A stretch of 64,000 nucleotides of DNA from Owenia fusiformis (Eukaryota), in NCBI GenBank assembly GCA_903813345.2, contig CAIIXF020000001.1, positions 2,108,001 to 2,172,000 on the forward strand, in the 5' to 3' direction. Below the pieces are notes generated by a model. The model saw nothing but the letters and a program-made list of their open reading frames with translations, was not told the DNA's origin and did no database searches. The position numbers and the translations under genes were made by a program. Positions 1 to 13,389 of the stretch are shown piece after piece (position 1 is the first letter of the stretch; each line of letters opens with the position of its first letter).

Positions 1-237
1 GTGACCGGAAAAATGCTGGGGGCGGGATGGTGCATAGTGTGAAAAATTCTAGGGGGGGGGGGTAATCGGGTTGTCTCAGAAAAAAATCTGGGGTAGTGTT
101 GACTATTGGAAGGGTGTATTACATATAAACATTCCTGTTGCGTGACCATTGCATTTATATGCCTTGTACTAGGGGGTGGGGGGGGGTGTCTTATGTATAA
201 AAATTTCTTGGAGGGTCACATGTTGACCATAACATCC

Positions 238-360
238 TAGGGTGTTTCACTTTTTGACTTTCTTTCCCGATCAACATGGAGTTTTTCCCAGTTGATCTCC
301 TGGTAAAGAAAAGCAAGCACAAAAAGTTTCAGTCAAATCTGTTGACATTAGACCTTACCA
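238..360 (+). mobile_element. Orphan terminus of a DNA element related to the foldback at 15518-16764
   Basis: TAGGGTGTTTCACTTTTTG...GATCAA...CACAAAAAGTTTCAGTCAAATC is collinear with TAGGGCGTTTCATTTTTTG...GATCAA...CACAAAAAAAATTTCAGCCAAATC; no partner end found. Confidence 0.5.
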
Positions 361-1231
361 CATTTTCTGATGCCCATTTATCATAATGTTACAATAGTCT
401 GCAAATTGCAGAAAATGTCATTTTCATCATAATGACGGGGGAGGGGTGTCTTTCGAGTCTGACCCTTGAGTATATTTTTTGAGCCTTACATTTATTTTCT
501 TTTTCTCTCAAGTTCACAAAAATTGTGGCTGTGTTCACTTTGCTTGTTGAGTCAATTCAGGTAGAGATTACTGGATTAGGTTTACTCGAATATCTATTTT
601 ATACAATTGCAGAACAGTATTAGAATAAAACACAGGGATTCATGTTTAGCATAAGGTAACAAAGGACGGACATGGTATTTCAGTATAATTTGACTTTCTA
701 TTCTATTTATTCCTATTTGAGTCTCATTCTAAAGTGATTCGCCACTTCACAATGACTGAAGAGCTTCATACTCAAAGGTCTTTGAAATGCTGGTTGTTTA
801 TTGCAGCCATTGCTAGTGTTGTTGCGATTAATCGATATAGCATTATGTACATCACGAAGTTGAAGAAGTATTACATATTTGTTGCTTTCATAGTTCTAGT
901 GCATTTGTGTTTTGAATTTTAGTAGATTTTTTCTTAAACTTTCGCTCAATGTACATTGTGATATTCATCGATCTTAACTTCTGAAAAATTGCATATATTT
1001 CGATGCACAATTATGGCTCATCATTACAACACTAGAACTTTCTTCTATTTAACCAATAGGATAACATAAAATATATAAATATTTGAGAGGTAAAATTGTT
1101 TATTGTATGTATGTATAGGTTTATTGCCCTAATATAATTTAATTAGGAGATACATATTATTTATATGCAATTACAACAAATATAATAAAATTAACATATG
1201 GACAGACAACCTATTTACAAGATGTTTGTAT

Positions 1232-1415
1232 ATACAGTAGAACCTGCTAAGTGGAACATCTCCATAAGTGGAACACCTTGCAAGTGGAACACTTTTTCAA
1301 AGTCCCGTTTTAAAAATCCATTGACTAAATGTTAATTGAACCTCTGTAAGTGGAACACCTCCAAACTTGAACAGTGAACACCCATTATTAAAAAATTAAC
1401 CTGCTCAGTTGAACA
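1232..1415 (+). mobile_element. pogo/Tigger-like MITE end fragment
   Basis: TA-CAGTAGAACC terminus with repeated AAGTGGAACA motifs; related fragment at ~33223-33320. Confidence 0.55.
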
Positions 1416-2010
1416 GTCAATTTCCATAAATTTCAATATTGATACTTATGTAAACAGAATTAACCTCCTATAGTGATATCTGGGTATGAAAACAGGTAAT
1501 AACGTGATAATTGGCAAATTAGGTTTTTTAATGGATTACCATTCAACAAATTGGATTAACCTCCTGTAGAGGTCAACGCATAATGCAACCGCTAATTAAT
1601 TTGATAATCAGCAAATTAGGATTTCATAAGATCATCCTTCAGAAAATTGGATTAACCTCCTGTAGAGATGGACATGTGATGCTACCACTAATTTATACCC
1701 CTTGCTGTTTGTTTCAAACTTGATAAGTAAGATTAAGAATGTCAGTTAAAAAACAATTGTTACATTGATTTTCTACATTCCACAGGTAGAATATGCGATA
1801 AACACATATCTCTTTATAAGCATTTGTAAACGGAAGCTTTAGTATGCTCCAAAGAAATGTCAGGCTTAAAAAATCTATGTACAGATCGACAACATATTAT
1901 TTTATCATATAAAGCACAGCTAATTGTTCATGTTGATTATATACAACACACAATACAGTAAAACATAAGTAAGAGAACAATAGTCCCATGTGAATGTAAA
2001 ATTACATTGA

Positions 2011-5000
2011 TCACATGTTATCATCATTGTCAGTGTCATCATCACTGTCTGCCACTTGAAGTTTGGTCTTCAACCGTTTGGCACCATCATCATCTGGTCT
2101 TCTACAAGCATTAAATATCAAATGCAGTAACAACATGAACAATGATGTCTGCTATTTATCAAAACATGTTTTTTCAGCTGGATTTGTTACTCCTGGTGTT
2201 GCTGTGTTCGATACAAATAAAAATACGTCCAGTAAAAGAAAATACATATTTTATATCAGCCCAGAACAAGAATCTACTTGCAACTATTCATGTTATCAAT
2301 TTACTAGGGGTCATTGTTAAGGAAACATACTTACACAAAAGTCTGAGGAGCCTTTTTTCTTCCAAGTTGTTGTTTTGTTTTTGTAAATGATGGTCGCCAT
2401 TGTCTTTGGTTCCTTTGATTAGGGGCAATTTTCTGTGTTTTTATCAAAGGATCTACCTGCAAATAATGATTCATAATAAAATGGTTATTGTATACAATAT
2501 GTCTACTGCTATGTTCATATGTCACATTTTGGTTCACTTTTTTCTTACAATTGTTTCATCCTTTATAATATAACTGAATTAATTGTTGGTCTTGTGATAA
2601 AAATTACTTGTAAACTTCATGGTTGGATAATCTTACCTCATGAACTCTATCATTAACATCATTAGCACACATTGACATGATCCCCGTTATACGGGCTTTC
2701 GCCATTGACAATAAGTGAATCGGCATTTCATCCACTATTTGTTGGAGTTTTAACAAATCTTCTTTGAGAGCTTTCCTGAGAATTTTACCTATAATGAGAT
2801 GTGAAACTATTTAAGCCCTGGATTCAATGCATAATGTGTGCATAATCATTCATCTTGAAGGTGTTTTCAAAACTGTGTGACCATGCAGCCAAAATGCAAA
2901 GTTTAGGAAACAATGGCAGAGTGGAATGAATAAGCCATAGTGCATCAAGTCTTGAGTGTCTTTTGCAGTATTTTCGGACAACAAAAATGCAGTAGTTTTA
3001 TAGTAGATTTTGAAAAAAAATGGTAGTTTTTGGCAGATTTTTAAAAAAATGGTACTTTTTCAGAAGTTTTTGAAAAATGTGGTAGTTTTGGGTAGATTTT
3101 GAAAAATCTGGTAGTTTTGTGGTCGATTTTTGAAATTTAGTTTTGCGTAAGATTTTGTAAAATGCAGTAGTATGTAACTGCTCAGTTGTTTCTAGATTTT
3201 CAATTTTGTCTAAATTGTATAAATGAGAGTTTTGCACCGATTTGAGAAAAATTCTGAAGAGATCACTGCACACTGGTAGCATTAACGAGGCGTATAGCCT
3301 TTTTTTGTGAAGCCACTCAGTTAAATTATGATTTCTCTGGAACCTGATGTCCAATTAAGATCATTCAAGTATCTATGTGTACCTGACACGTTTGGGCGTC
3401 CAGGAATAACAACTTCTACCCCAAAGTTTCCTAGCGAAATTGACGTAATTCTTGACTTAAATCAGGAAGACAAAATTTGAGATTCACAAACAAAACTGCT
3501 TGGGTAGACATTGTCATTACCGGATGCCCAAACGTGTCAGGAACTCATAGATACTCGAATGATGTTGATTTAACATCAGGGTGCAGAGAAATCGTAATTT
3601 TACTGAGTAGCTTCACAAAAAAATAAGCAGCACTTTAGCCCACCTTAACATTTGTCTCATATATGTCATACAATTAATATTTGAAATGCAACTTTTATTA
3701 TGTCCCCACCACATAGTGTGGGGCCATATTGTCGGCCTAGGCGCGTCCGTCCGTCCATCCGTCCGTCTGTCTGTCTGTCTGTCTGTCTGCGATATAACTT
3801 TTGTGTATATATTCTTCAATATTTTTCTGAAAATCAGATTTGATTTTTCTAAATTTGATCATCACCTTTTTCATTTTGCAGATCCATTTTTGGAGTGAAT
3901 GTGTCTGGGGAATCTTCTGTACTGACGTGCCTGGGCTTGAGGAGCCGAAACACCTTGTGAATATGCTTACAAAGTTTTTCTTGGTTTGGACATGAGCATG
4001 TCATTATATGGTGACAGAGGCCCGGACAATCCTCACATCTAACACAGGGTTTGACACAATTGCCTGAGATGTGCGTTACTTTGTACAGGTTCTTTCCTTT
4101 CACCTCCCAGCTTGATCCATCGAGTGCCTGGAATACATTTTTTGTGTTTTATTGGATAAAAGAATAAAGGTTTGTATCTACTCTCGTACTGATACAACAT
4201 GTAGAAAATTAGTTTAACAAAAAACAGGTAAATAAATTGTATTTGAGTACATGTTATTTATAACTATCAATCTACATTCTAGTAGTTGCCAAGGGACACA
4301 GCAGCCATCACATGGCAACTCCTCCATGACCTTGACCCACAAACCTTGAGAATGACCTTGACCTTTGTAATGACAGACTGATAGATTAAAATTAGACGGT
4401 TGACTTTTAGGACTCACTTTCACATTTTCATCTGCAATTGCCATTCCCTTAATGTGTGAACTTTGGACGATCCGAACATTTTTCTTCCCATATAGCTGGT
4501 TTCTGACATCCTGAAACCAGAATGTGAATATTTACACTGTTCCACAGTTGGATTACTCAACTGCAATTAGCTTCATTCAAGATGATTGCCAAAAATCTTT
4601 CGTTTTCGATAAATCTTCAATTTCAACTAAACTATACTATACTCAAATTGAAGGAATTTCAGAGTAGATCACAACTATGGCATTGTTTTTCTGATTTCCT
4701 CCTCTGAAAATTCAAAATGTCTGACTAGAGCAGAAATTCGCCATTACTTAGAGTTATCTTAAAAGTTTGGTTACATGATAATACAATGATTTTAAATATT
4801 TATTGAAGGTAAGAGTAGATGGTAAATATTACATTGTGACTGTACAGATTGATGATTTATATAGTGTTTGTTGGGATTTGCTACTCTGTGGAGTTGCCAT
4901 TTTCTAGTTTAATAATCACACTTGCTATGTAGACATTTGAATAGTCAATTGTAAATCTCCATTCAGTTAAAGTCATCAATGGTGATTATCATGTTAGCAT

Positions 5001-8000
5001 CATCATCAACTTCAGTTAGAGTCATTCTAAGTGAAATCGTTTTCTTTAAAAATCTCCAATATCGCGGGTGTTTGAGCCACCATCTTTGGTTCTTTACAAT
5101 CTGAGCTTTATCATGTATTTGTATGGCAAAACTTTTGGGATCCAGATTCAGCTTGGTTTAGCTATATTCAGAGGTTTATCGAAAACGAAAGAATTTCGAC
5201 AACCACCTTGAATGAAGCTAACTGCAGTTAGAGTCATCCAGCTGTGGAACAGTGATTTAAGAAATTACAAAGTGTGTTGTTATTGTTATTTCAGTTGACA
5301 TCTTATTGACTCCAAACTGGAAAGGCAGATGGAAGATTCTGAGATTTCAAGTTCATTTTAACATGCGTATGTGTCCTATTAACTTTTAAAATGTTTTTAA
5401 ATAAAGTCAAAGTACCCAGTAACCGTTCTGATAGACTTCTGAAATTATGAAACACCTTAGTACCCATAGTACTATTGTTATTAGTCCAGTTTTGATTTTT
5501 TTATCTCACCTGTAGATATCGATCTTTTTCATATCTTAGTAGAACATTAAGAAGGTGGTCTACCCTTCTATTAAACTTCTTGTTTAGATAAAATGACTTT
5601 AGTATGTTGTGAAAGCTGTAAAATAAAGTATTGAAAGATATCAAGCAATGTATGATCTAACCAATGGATTCAAAAATTAATTTAGTAAACTCAATCATTC
5701 CATTAGTTAACTTTATTGTTTGCATGCTAGTATTGTTTACTTGGTCCTTACCTCTCAACATACATGTTGGTATCAGTGTTACCATGATCAAAATTGCGAT
5801 AAGCCATTGCCCACTCATCTACAATATATGATTGTATTTTAAATATAGATAGAACTGTAGAATAGTAATTTGTAAAGTTTTATGCCAGTACAATGGTCAT
5901 ACTTATAAATTTTGGCTGGTTACTTAGGATGAGAATAAATATTATGGTATTTGTTACCCCCTGGAATAGCATTATCAATTTTAGACAATAATTTGATTAC
6001 CTTTCCTCTTTAGGTAATGGGCCTTGAAGTAATCTACAAACTTCCTTTGTCTTGGAGAAAAATACGTTAGAAACCCTTGAGTTAGCTGTTGAAACTTCTC
6101 CACCGATTTTGCATCCATTATAAGCATAAGGCTTTGGTATATTTCAACTTGGTCAGTAGGATTTTTTACAAGTAAGTTGATGTGCCTCTTCCATGCTCTA
6201 CATATTTGCAAATATATTAATCAATAACACAAATAATAAATCAATTATTGTATAAGTGGTATTTAATCCAAGTGGTTAATATGCCGAATGGTTGACTAAT
6301 GTCATTTTCCAAATTCTAATTTTCTTATGACAAGAAACTTCCTATTGGATAACACGATGAAGATAATATTTCCGACATTTCATTTTGAGAACCTCGCAAG
6401 AATTAGGCAATAGGCAAATCAAATGATTAAGTAAAATTACCACTTGTACAGTATTGTCACACGATTGAAGCTCATAGGGATATAGAGATTAAAGTCATCC
6501 ATTTGTCTGTCCATCCTTTCAGACATGAATAGTTTATTCTGTGGGATTTGCTATCCTGTAGAGTTTTCTAGTTATGAATATTATTGTAAAGTTTCACTCG
6601 ATAATTTGTGATTTAGTTATATTTACCTGTTAATGTGCCATTTACAGAGAAGGTGCTTCACAGAAGGGCCATAAACTGCTTTAACAGCATTCCATCCAGC
6701 ATTGTCTGTTAAAATATGAGTTTGTTACAACTACATGCTCTAGTATATAAGCTTAATATCGAAGCACAATATCAAGCTTAATATCAAAGCACAATCATTT
6801 ACTTTAGTCTAAAAAAAACTAAAATAGATCTACGCATGGATCCAATCAAGTTGTATACATGTCCGTCCATCCAGTCAATTAAGGGTCAAATTATACATTA
6901 TATTTTGATTTAGAGAAGAACAATAATTTTTTGCAGAAAGTCCATCATACCATCATCAGTCATTACACACTTTAATTTGACATCTGGGTTCCTGTCCTGA
7001 AGAGAATGCAGAAATGCTTGGATCGTTTTCTGGTCCTCACTGTCAGCAAGCAGGAATGCTACTGGATATCCTGGAAAACAGGTATAACAATTTTATAAGT
7101 GTTATTATCATACTTATATTTTAGGTATGATATTGTTCACACATTGTGCCTAATGTTATTTTCATGTTCAAAATATAAGATATCTATTACCAATGGTCGA
7201 AAGGTTATAACATTGATGCATGAGAGTGATATTTTATATCATTTGTAAGTGTTGTACAGGGGAATGTCTTCAATGTGGGCTCAATAGATTATTTAATATT
7301 ATGGTAATTATGGAAGAAATAGATGCTTTTTAGTGAGGAGTATCAAACATCAGTAAGAAATCTGGAAATTACCTTTTCCAAATTTGTCTTGAACAACTAA
7401 AGTTATGAGTTTGAATCTGTATTCGTTCGTGTTGTGGGTGCTGTCTATACAAAGAATCTTCTCTGCATATTCTTTGAAAACAAGAGATTGTTGTTCAGTC
7501 TGTACACCCAAAATGAAGCTGGACTCATTAAAGTGGAGATCAGAAAATGTCATTGGTTTTCCTTGGGGTTTAAATAATAGGACAGGATTAAATTTCTCTT
7601 GTTCCAATTCAGAAACTAAAATACATGTTGACTGATGATCATCGGGATGTCTCCTCTCTTGATTAATAACGCAATCCTTGAGACTGTTAATGTTCTTCTT
7701 TGTAATTAAGTGTTCTTGTCTGATTTGTTGAGTACCACTTCTCTCTTCTCTATTTCCGACGTCATTCTGTATGTCTGAAAAAATATTTGTTTCGAAAATA
7801 TGTTTCTTTCACGACATTTATTCAGGGCAAGAAAATGTTGGTCAACAAATATGGCGAATTTAAAAACTGAGATATAAAAAACACAGACATGAAGTAACAC
7901 CTGCAAATCTGGCATAAAATTTGGACCAGCCAATAGGCTTTTGATTGATAGGTATATTTAAACCTGCACATCGCTCTAAAACTCAATATGGCAAATGCAT

Positions 8001-11000
8001 GTATTACTGTATTACTTGTACTTAGCTTAAAGCACATTCATTTAGTTCAAAAAACTGAAATAGATCTATGCATGGATCCGACCAGGGCCGTTCTTGTCAT
8101 AATTATCATGAGTTATTGTACAGGGGATTTGCTCCATTTGTTCACCATTGGATAATCTTTCTTTAAAGCTCAAAATCTTAAAGTTGACTCCGGAACAACC
8201 CAGGATTGCTTTCTCGAGCGATGTGTAGGTTTAATGTACTCTCTCATATTGCTTTTACCTTCTAAAATCCTATCAGCTTCTACACCTTCCACCAGCTTTT
8301 TCTTAATAATATTACGAATGTCTTGAGGTATTGGGTGATATTGGGCATCGGAGATGTTGATTTCATGGCTATGGGTTTTAATGAATTTCACAGTTACAGT
8401 GTTATCATTATTGCTTTCCCTAACACTCATACTAGATAGACAGTTGATATTTAATCTGCAGGACCCTTTATTTCTTCTCTTGTTCGTTTTATGCTTAGCT
8501 TCTCCATTTTTCCTATGAGGTCCAGTTGCAAGACCATCTCGATTGCATCTGTAGTATGTGAATATAGCTGAAATTAACATTTAGAAGTATACTCCATCAT
8601 ATCATTGACACTTCTGATATAGCATACATATGTCTGGCATGTATAGTCTACAATGATCTCATAATATCATACCTCAATTTTCTGTATGGGAACCTCAAGG
8701 TTTCATTCCTAAAAGTTCTGTATGAGAACCTCAAGGTATCATACCTCAATGATCTGTATAACATCATGGTATCATACCGCAATGTTCTGTATGAGAACCT
8801 CATGGTATCATGCCTCAATGTTCTGTTTGAGAACCTCATGGTATCATACCTCAATGTTCTCTATGATAACATCATGCTATCATACCTCAATTTTCTCTAT
8901 GATAACCTCATGGTATCATACCTCCATGTTCTCTATGATTGCCTCATGGTATCACATGTCAGTGTTCTCTATGATAACCTAGTGGTATCATACCTCAATG
9001 TTCTGTATGAGAACCTCATGGTATCATACCTCCATGTTTTTGATGATAACTTCATGGTATCATACCTCAATGTTCTGTATGATAACCTCATGGTATCATA
9101 CCTCAAAGTTCTGTTTGAGAACCTCATGGTATCATACCACAATGTTCTGTTTGAGAACCTCATGGTATCATACCTCAATGTTCTGTATGAGAACCTCATG
9201 GTATCATACCGCAATGTTCTCTATGATTGCCTCATGGTATCACATGTCAGTGTTCTCTATGATAACCTTGTGGTATCATACCTCAATGTTCTGTATGATA
9301 ACCTCATGGTATCATACCTCAAAGTTCTGTATGAGAACCTCATGGCATCATACCTCAATGTTCTGTTTGAGAACCTCATGGTATCATACCTTAGTGTTCT
9401 CTATGAGAACCTCATGGTATCATACCTCAATGTTCTGTATGAGAACCTCATGGTATCATACCTCCATGTTTTTGATGATAACTTCATGGTATCATACCTC
9501 AATGTTCTGTATGATAACCTCATGGTATCATACCTCAAAGTTCTGTTTGAGAACCTCATGGTATCATACCACAATGTTCTGTTTGAGAACCTCATGGTAT
9601 CATACCTCAATGTTCTGTATGAGAACCTCATGGTATCATACCGCAATGTTCTCTATGATAACCTCATGGTATCATACCTGAAAGTTCTGTTTGAGAACCT
9701 CATGGTATCATACCTCAATGTTCTGTTTGAGAACCTCATGGTATCATACCTCAATGTTCTGTATGATAACCTCATGGTATCATACCTCAATGTTCTGTTT
9801 GAGAACCTCATGGTATCATACCTCAAAGTTCTGTTTGAGAACCTCATGGTATCATACCTCAATGTTCTGTTTGAGAACCTCATGGTATCATACCTCAATG
9901 TTCTGTATGAGAACCTCATGGTATCATACCTCAAAGTTCTCTATGATAACCTCATGGTATCATACCTCAATTTTCTCTATGATAACCTCATGGTATCATA
10001 CCTCAATGTTCTCTATGATAACCTCATGGTATCATACCTCAATGTTCTGTATGAGAACCTCATGGTACCATACCTCCATGTTCTCTATGATTGCCTCATG
10101 GTATCACATGTCAGTGTTCTCTATGATAACCTTGTGGTATCATACCTCAATGTTCTGTATGATAACCTCATGGTATCATACCTCAAAGTTCTGTTTGAGA
10201 ACCTCATGGTATCATACCTCAATGTTCTGTTTGAGAACCTCATGGTATCATACCTCCATGTTTTTGATGATAACTTCATGGTATCATACCTCAATGTTCT
10301 GTATGATAACCTCATGGTATCATACCTCAAAGTTCTGTTTGAGAACCTCATGGTATCATACCTCAATGTTCTGTTTGAGAACCTCATGGTATCATACCTC
10401 AATGTTCTGTATGAGAACCTCATGGTATCATACCTCAAAGTTCTCTATGATAACCTCATGGTATCATACCTCAATTTTCTCTATGATAACCTCATGGTAT
10501 CATACCTCAATGTTCTCTATGATAACCTCATGGTATCATACCTCAATGTTCTGTATGAGAACCTCATGGTACCATACCTCCATGTTCTCTATGATTGCCT
10601 CATGGTATCACATGCCAGTGTTCTCTATGATAACCTTGTGGTATCATACCTCAATGTTCTGTATGATAACCTCATGGTATCATACCTCAAAGTTCTGTTT
10701 GAGAACCTCATGGTATCATACCTCAATGTTCTGTTTGAGAACCTCATGGTATCATACCTCCATGTTTTTGATGATAACTTCATGGTATCATACCTCAATG
10801 TTCTGTATGATAACCTCATGGTATCATACCTCAAAGTTCTGTTTGAGAACCTCATGGTATCATACCTCAATGTTCTGTTTGAGAACCTCATGGTATCATA
10901 CCTCAATGTTCTGTATGAGAACCTCATGGTATCATACCTCCATGTTCTCTATGATTGCCTCATGGTATCACATGTCAGTGTTCTCTATGATAACCTTGTG

Positions 11001-13338
11001 GTATCATACCTCAATGTTCTGTATGATAACCTCATGGTATCATACCTCAAAGTTCTGTATGAGAACCTCATGGCATCATACCTCAATGTTCTGTTTGAGA
11101 ACCTCATGGTATCATACCTTAGTGTTCTCTATGAGAACCTCATGGTATCATACCTCAATGTTCTGTATGATAACCTCATGGTATCATACCTCCATGTTCC
11201 CTTTGAGAACTTCATGGTACCATACCTCAATGTTCTCTATGATAAACATATGGGATCATACCTCAATTTTCTGTATAATATCCACAATTTTGGGATCATT
11301 ATGTTTTATTATCAACTACTCAGTAATGAAAATAGTGCAAATGAATGAACATATTTTATTCTATACCAGTCTTTCGTTTCTTGGGCTTGCTTTCCTGCCT
11401 AAAAAATGTGAAGGTCTCTCTCTCAACACTCTTCTTCCATTTCAGGAATTCTTGCATGTTGCCGAATGCTACATTCTCGATCTCTAAAAACATGAAATAT
11501 TGAGATTGATTAATTATTGTGTTTACAAGTGGAAACTGCACATCTGTTACTGTTACTGGTGTATTATGAAAACAATTTATGTAGTGTATAAGATTAATTA
11601 ACCTTTGCTTACCTATTGGCCTTTCATGGACACTTTGTAAATGTTCTGCCATTTTAGTTCTTTTTGAAGTTTGGAAGGAACATCCCACAACACTGCATTT
11701 CCTTTCCAGGACTTTGGTTCTAGCTTGATTCGGTGTCACTTTCGTCTTTGGGGCTGTTGGGGTTATTATTTTGTTTCTTGACAAATCATTGAGTTTTATG
11801 AGGCGTTGTGACTTCCAAGTGTTCTCTTGTTTTCTGGAAAAAATAAGTATTTTTACATAGTTTTAGTACAAAATGGGTAGTTCAAAGGGATAATAGAGAG
11901 TCTGCATGTATACTTCTATGATACTCATAATAAATATATTTCATAATATGGATTGCAGATATTCTGTTGTTATTTTTTTAGATTTGCACATCTTAGAATC
12001 CAATCTTAGAATCCATTGATGATAGTTCTATTTAAATGAAGGAATTTATTGTGTTCATTGTGATTCACCTCTCCTCTGAAGGCATAAATTTTAAGTAACA
12101 TATTAAATCATACCTCTCTTTCCTTCCATAAACATGATCTCCAGTTCTTTGTTGGCTGAGAATATCAGTTGGGGGGGTGTCCAACACAGCCTCCCAATGG
12201 CCATAAGGGTGCCAGGCAAGGTGGACTGCCTGATTCGGGGTCTGGCCCTCCCATACGTGCTGGACAGTAACAGGACTCTGTTGGACAAGAGACACTTGAA
12301 TCTCTATGTTGAGAGCACCAGCAATGGCAATAACACTCTCTTGTCCCGCCCATTCATTCGTTTTTGCCACATTACGTGCTAGCTCCTCTATATTTTCATT
12401 ATACAATGAAAATTGTTCGGGGTTATGAATAATGAATTGTGCGGCCAGTTGTCTTAGATCATTGTGATGTCCTTGGCTGCCATACAAACACATTGAAAGG
12501 GCTCGAAAAAGGCAGTTGCCATCTCCCATCGTTGGATGTCTATAGAGCATGTAAGGCGAAAGGTACTGATCAACGATCTACAAAAAAAGATTAAATTAAA
12601 ATATGTTATTTGTTTGGGATTGAATATGGGATTAGATAGTTTAATAATTATACAAAGGTCCAATAGAATATATTCAGACTGTTTAGACTGACTTCAATAT
12701 TTTTCAGAAGTTTCAAATCTGACTTTATATTTAAGATTTGATCTTCAATGACCTCTTCAAGGTCAAAAAAGGTAAAAAAGGTATATTTCAACTTGATTGA
12801 AATTGACCATTTTTTCAAAAATCATCTACAAGCTATCAGAAGTTCGAATCTGACTAGGTGGTGACATTTTGTCATGTAGATGCCTTATCTGCATATGTAA
12901 CTTACAGTCTTAAAAATTTGAAACAATTTGCATGAAAGTTTGTTCTTGCTTAGAAATCAATATAACAAACCTGTTCAATTTCAGAATAGGGCAGTTCAGA
13001 ATCTGGGAGTTGCTCAGGAAACACTTCTTCAAAAACAGCACTCGAGAGGTCGATTCCCTCAAGAACATCATTCTGCAAAATATTTTTCTTTGGTAAGTGT
13101 TTATAGTGGTTTTGTGTGAGTATAAAATTTTAATAAAGTGTATGGTGACTCAAGCACATCATTCTGCAAATATTTATCATTGGTAAATGTTTATATCGGG
13201 CCTTGTGTGAGTATAACATGTTAATTAAGTGTATGGTGACTCTCCAAAGTAAATAGTTCTACTAACCTGGAGATATGCCGGTGGTTGAACACCAAGGAGG
13301 ACATCATTTCCTACATTGTCGATATCGAAGTGATGTAA
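2011..13338 (-). CDS. OTU-domain / C2H2 / WRKY-GCM-like / MULE (Mutator) DDE transposase / SWIM fusion protein, 16 spliced exons (N-terminus supplied by an upstream exon)
   Basis: Hand-spliced exons, all GT-AG and phase-compatible, no internal stop: 13338-13267, 12577-12114, 11833-11613, 11483-11367, 8567-8259, 7774-7373, 7070-6951, 6705-6627, 6197-6001, 5818-5752, 5615-5510, 4510-4418, 4127-3866, 2788-2637, 2456-2335, 2101-2011 (TGA). Motifs: OTU GDGNCLFRA...HWEAV; C2H2 CSVVGC...HLQSVH; YYRCNRDG...NC...HSH; MULE CIDSTH (D), VMTDD (D), CKWH (CxxH), TNMYVESFH (E); SWIM CSC...LCKHI; acidic tail. Confidence 0.9.
2985..3172. repeat. Degenerate ~30-40 bp tandem repeat (AAAATGGTAGTTTT/GTAGATTTT)
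   Basis: Repeated motif; a related longer array at ~21330-21670. Confidence 0.55.
3297..3628. mobile_element. Foldback MITE
   Basis: ~125-bp imperfect inverted arms (TTTTTTGTGAAGCCACTCAG...CCTGACACGTTTGGGC vs GCCCAAACGTGTCAGG...CTGAGTAGCTTCACAAAAAA). Confidence 0.7.
3693..3815 (+). mobile_element. Helentron/DINE-like non-autonomous element 5' fragment
   Basis: T-run, short hairpin (CCCCACCAC..GTGTGGGG), then (CCGT)n/(CTGT)n microsatellite. Confidence 0.55.
4535..5254. mobile_element. Transib-like non-autonomous element
   Basis: ~100-bp TIRs starting CACTGTTCCACAG / ending CTGTGGAACAGTG; 5-bp TSD ATTTA (4530-4534, 5255-5259). Confidence 0.75.
8650..11280. repeat. 36-bp minisatellite, ~73 copies, intronic
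   Basis: Unit GAGAACCTCATGGTATCATACCTCAATGTTCTGTAT; lies wholly inside intron 8568-11366 of the transposase gene. Confidence 0.97.
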
Positions 13339-13389
13339 CTAAAAAGAAAAATGAATATTTCAATGAAAATGTAACAGTTTGTATATACA

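Noticed and set aside
8766-11487. 860-aa and 598-aa ORFs and their antisense ORFs as real genes
   Set aside because: They are translations of a 36-bp tandem unit lacking stops in those frames, inside a well-supported intron.
12065-12550. Stand-alone OTU gene
   Set aside because: Canonical splice sites at 12577 and 12114 join it in phase to flanking exons; the ORF tail beyond 12114 is intronic.
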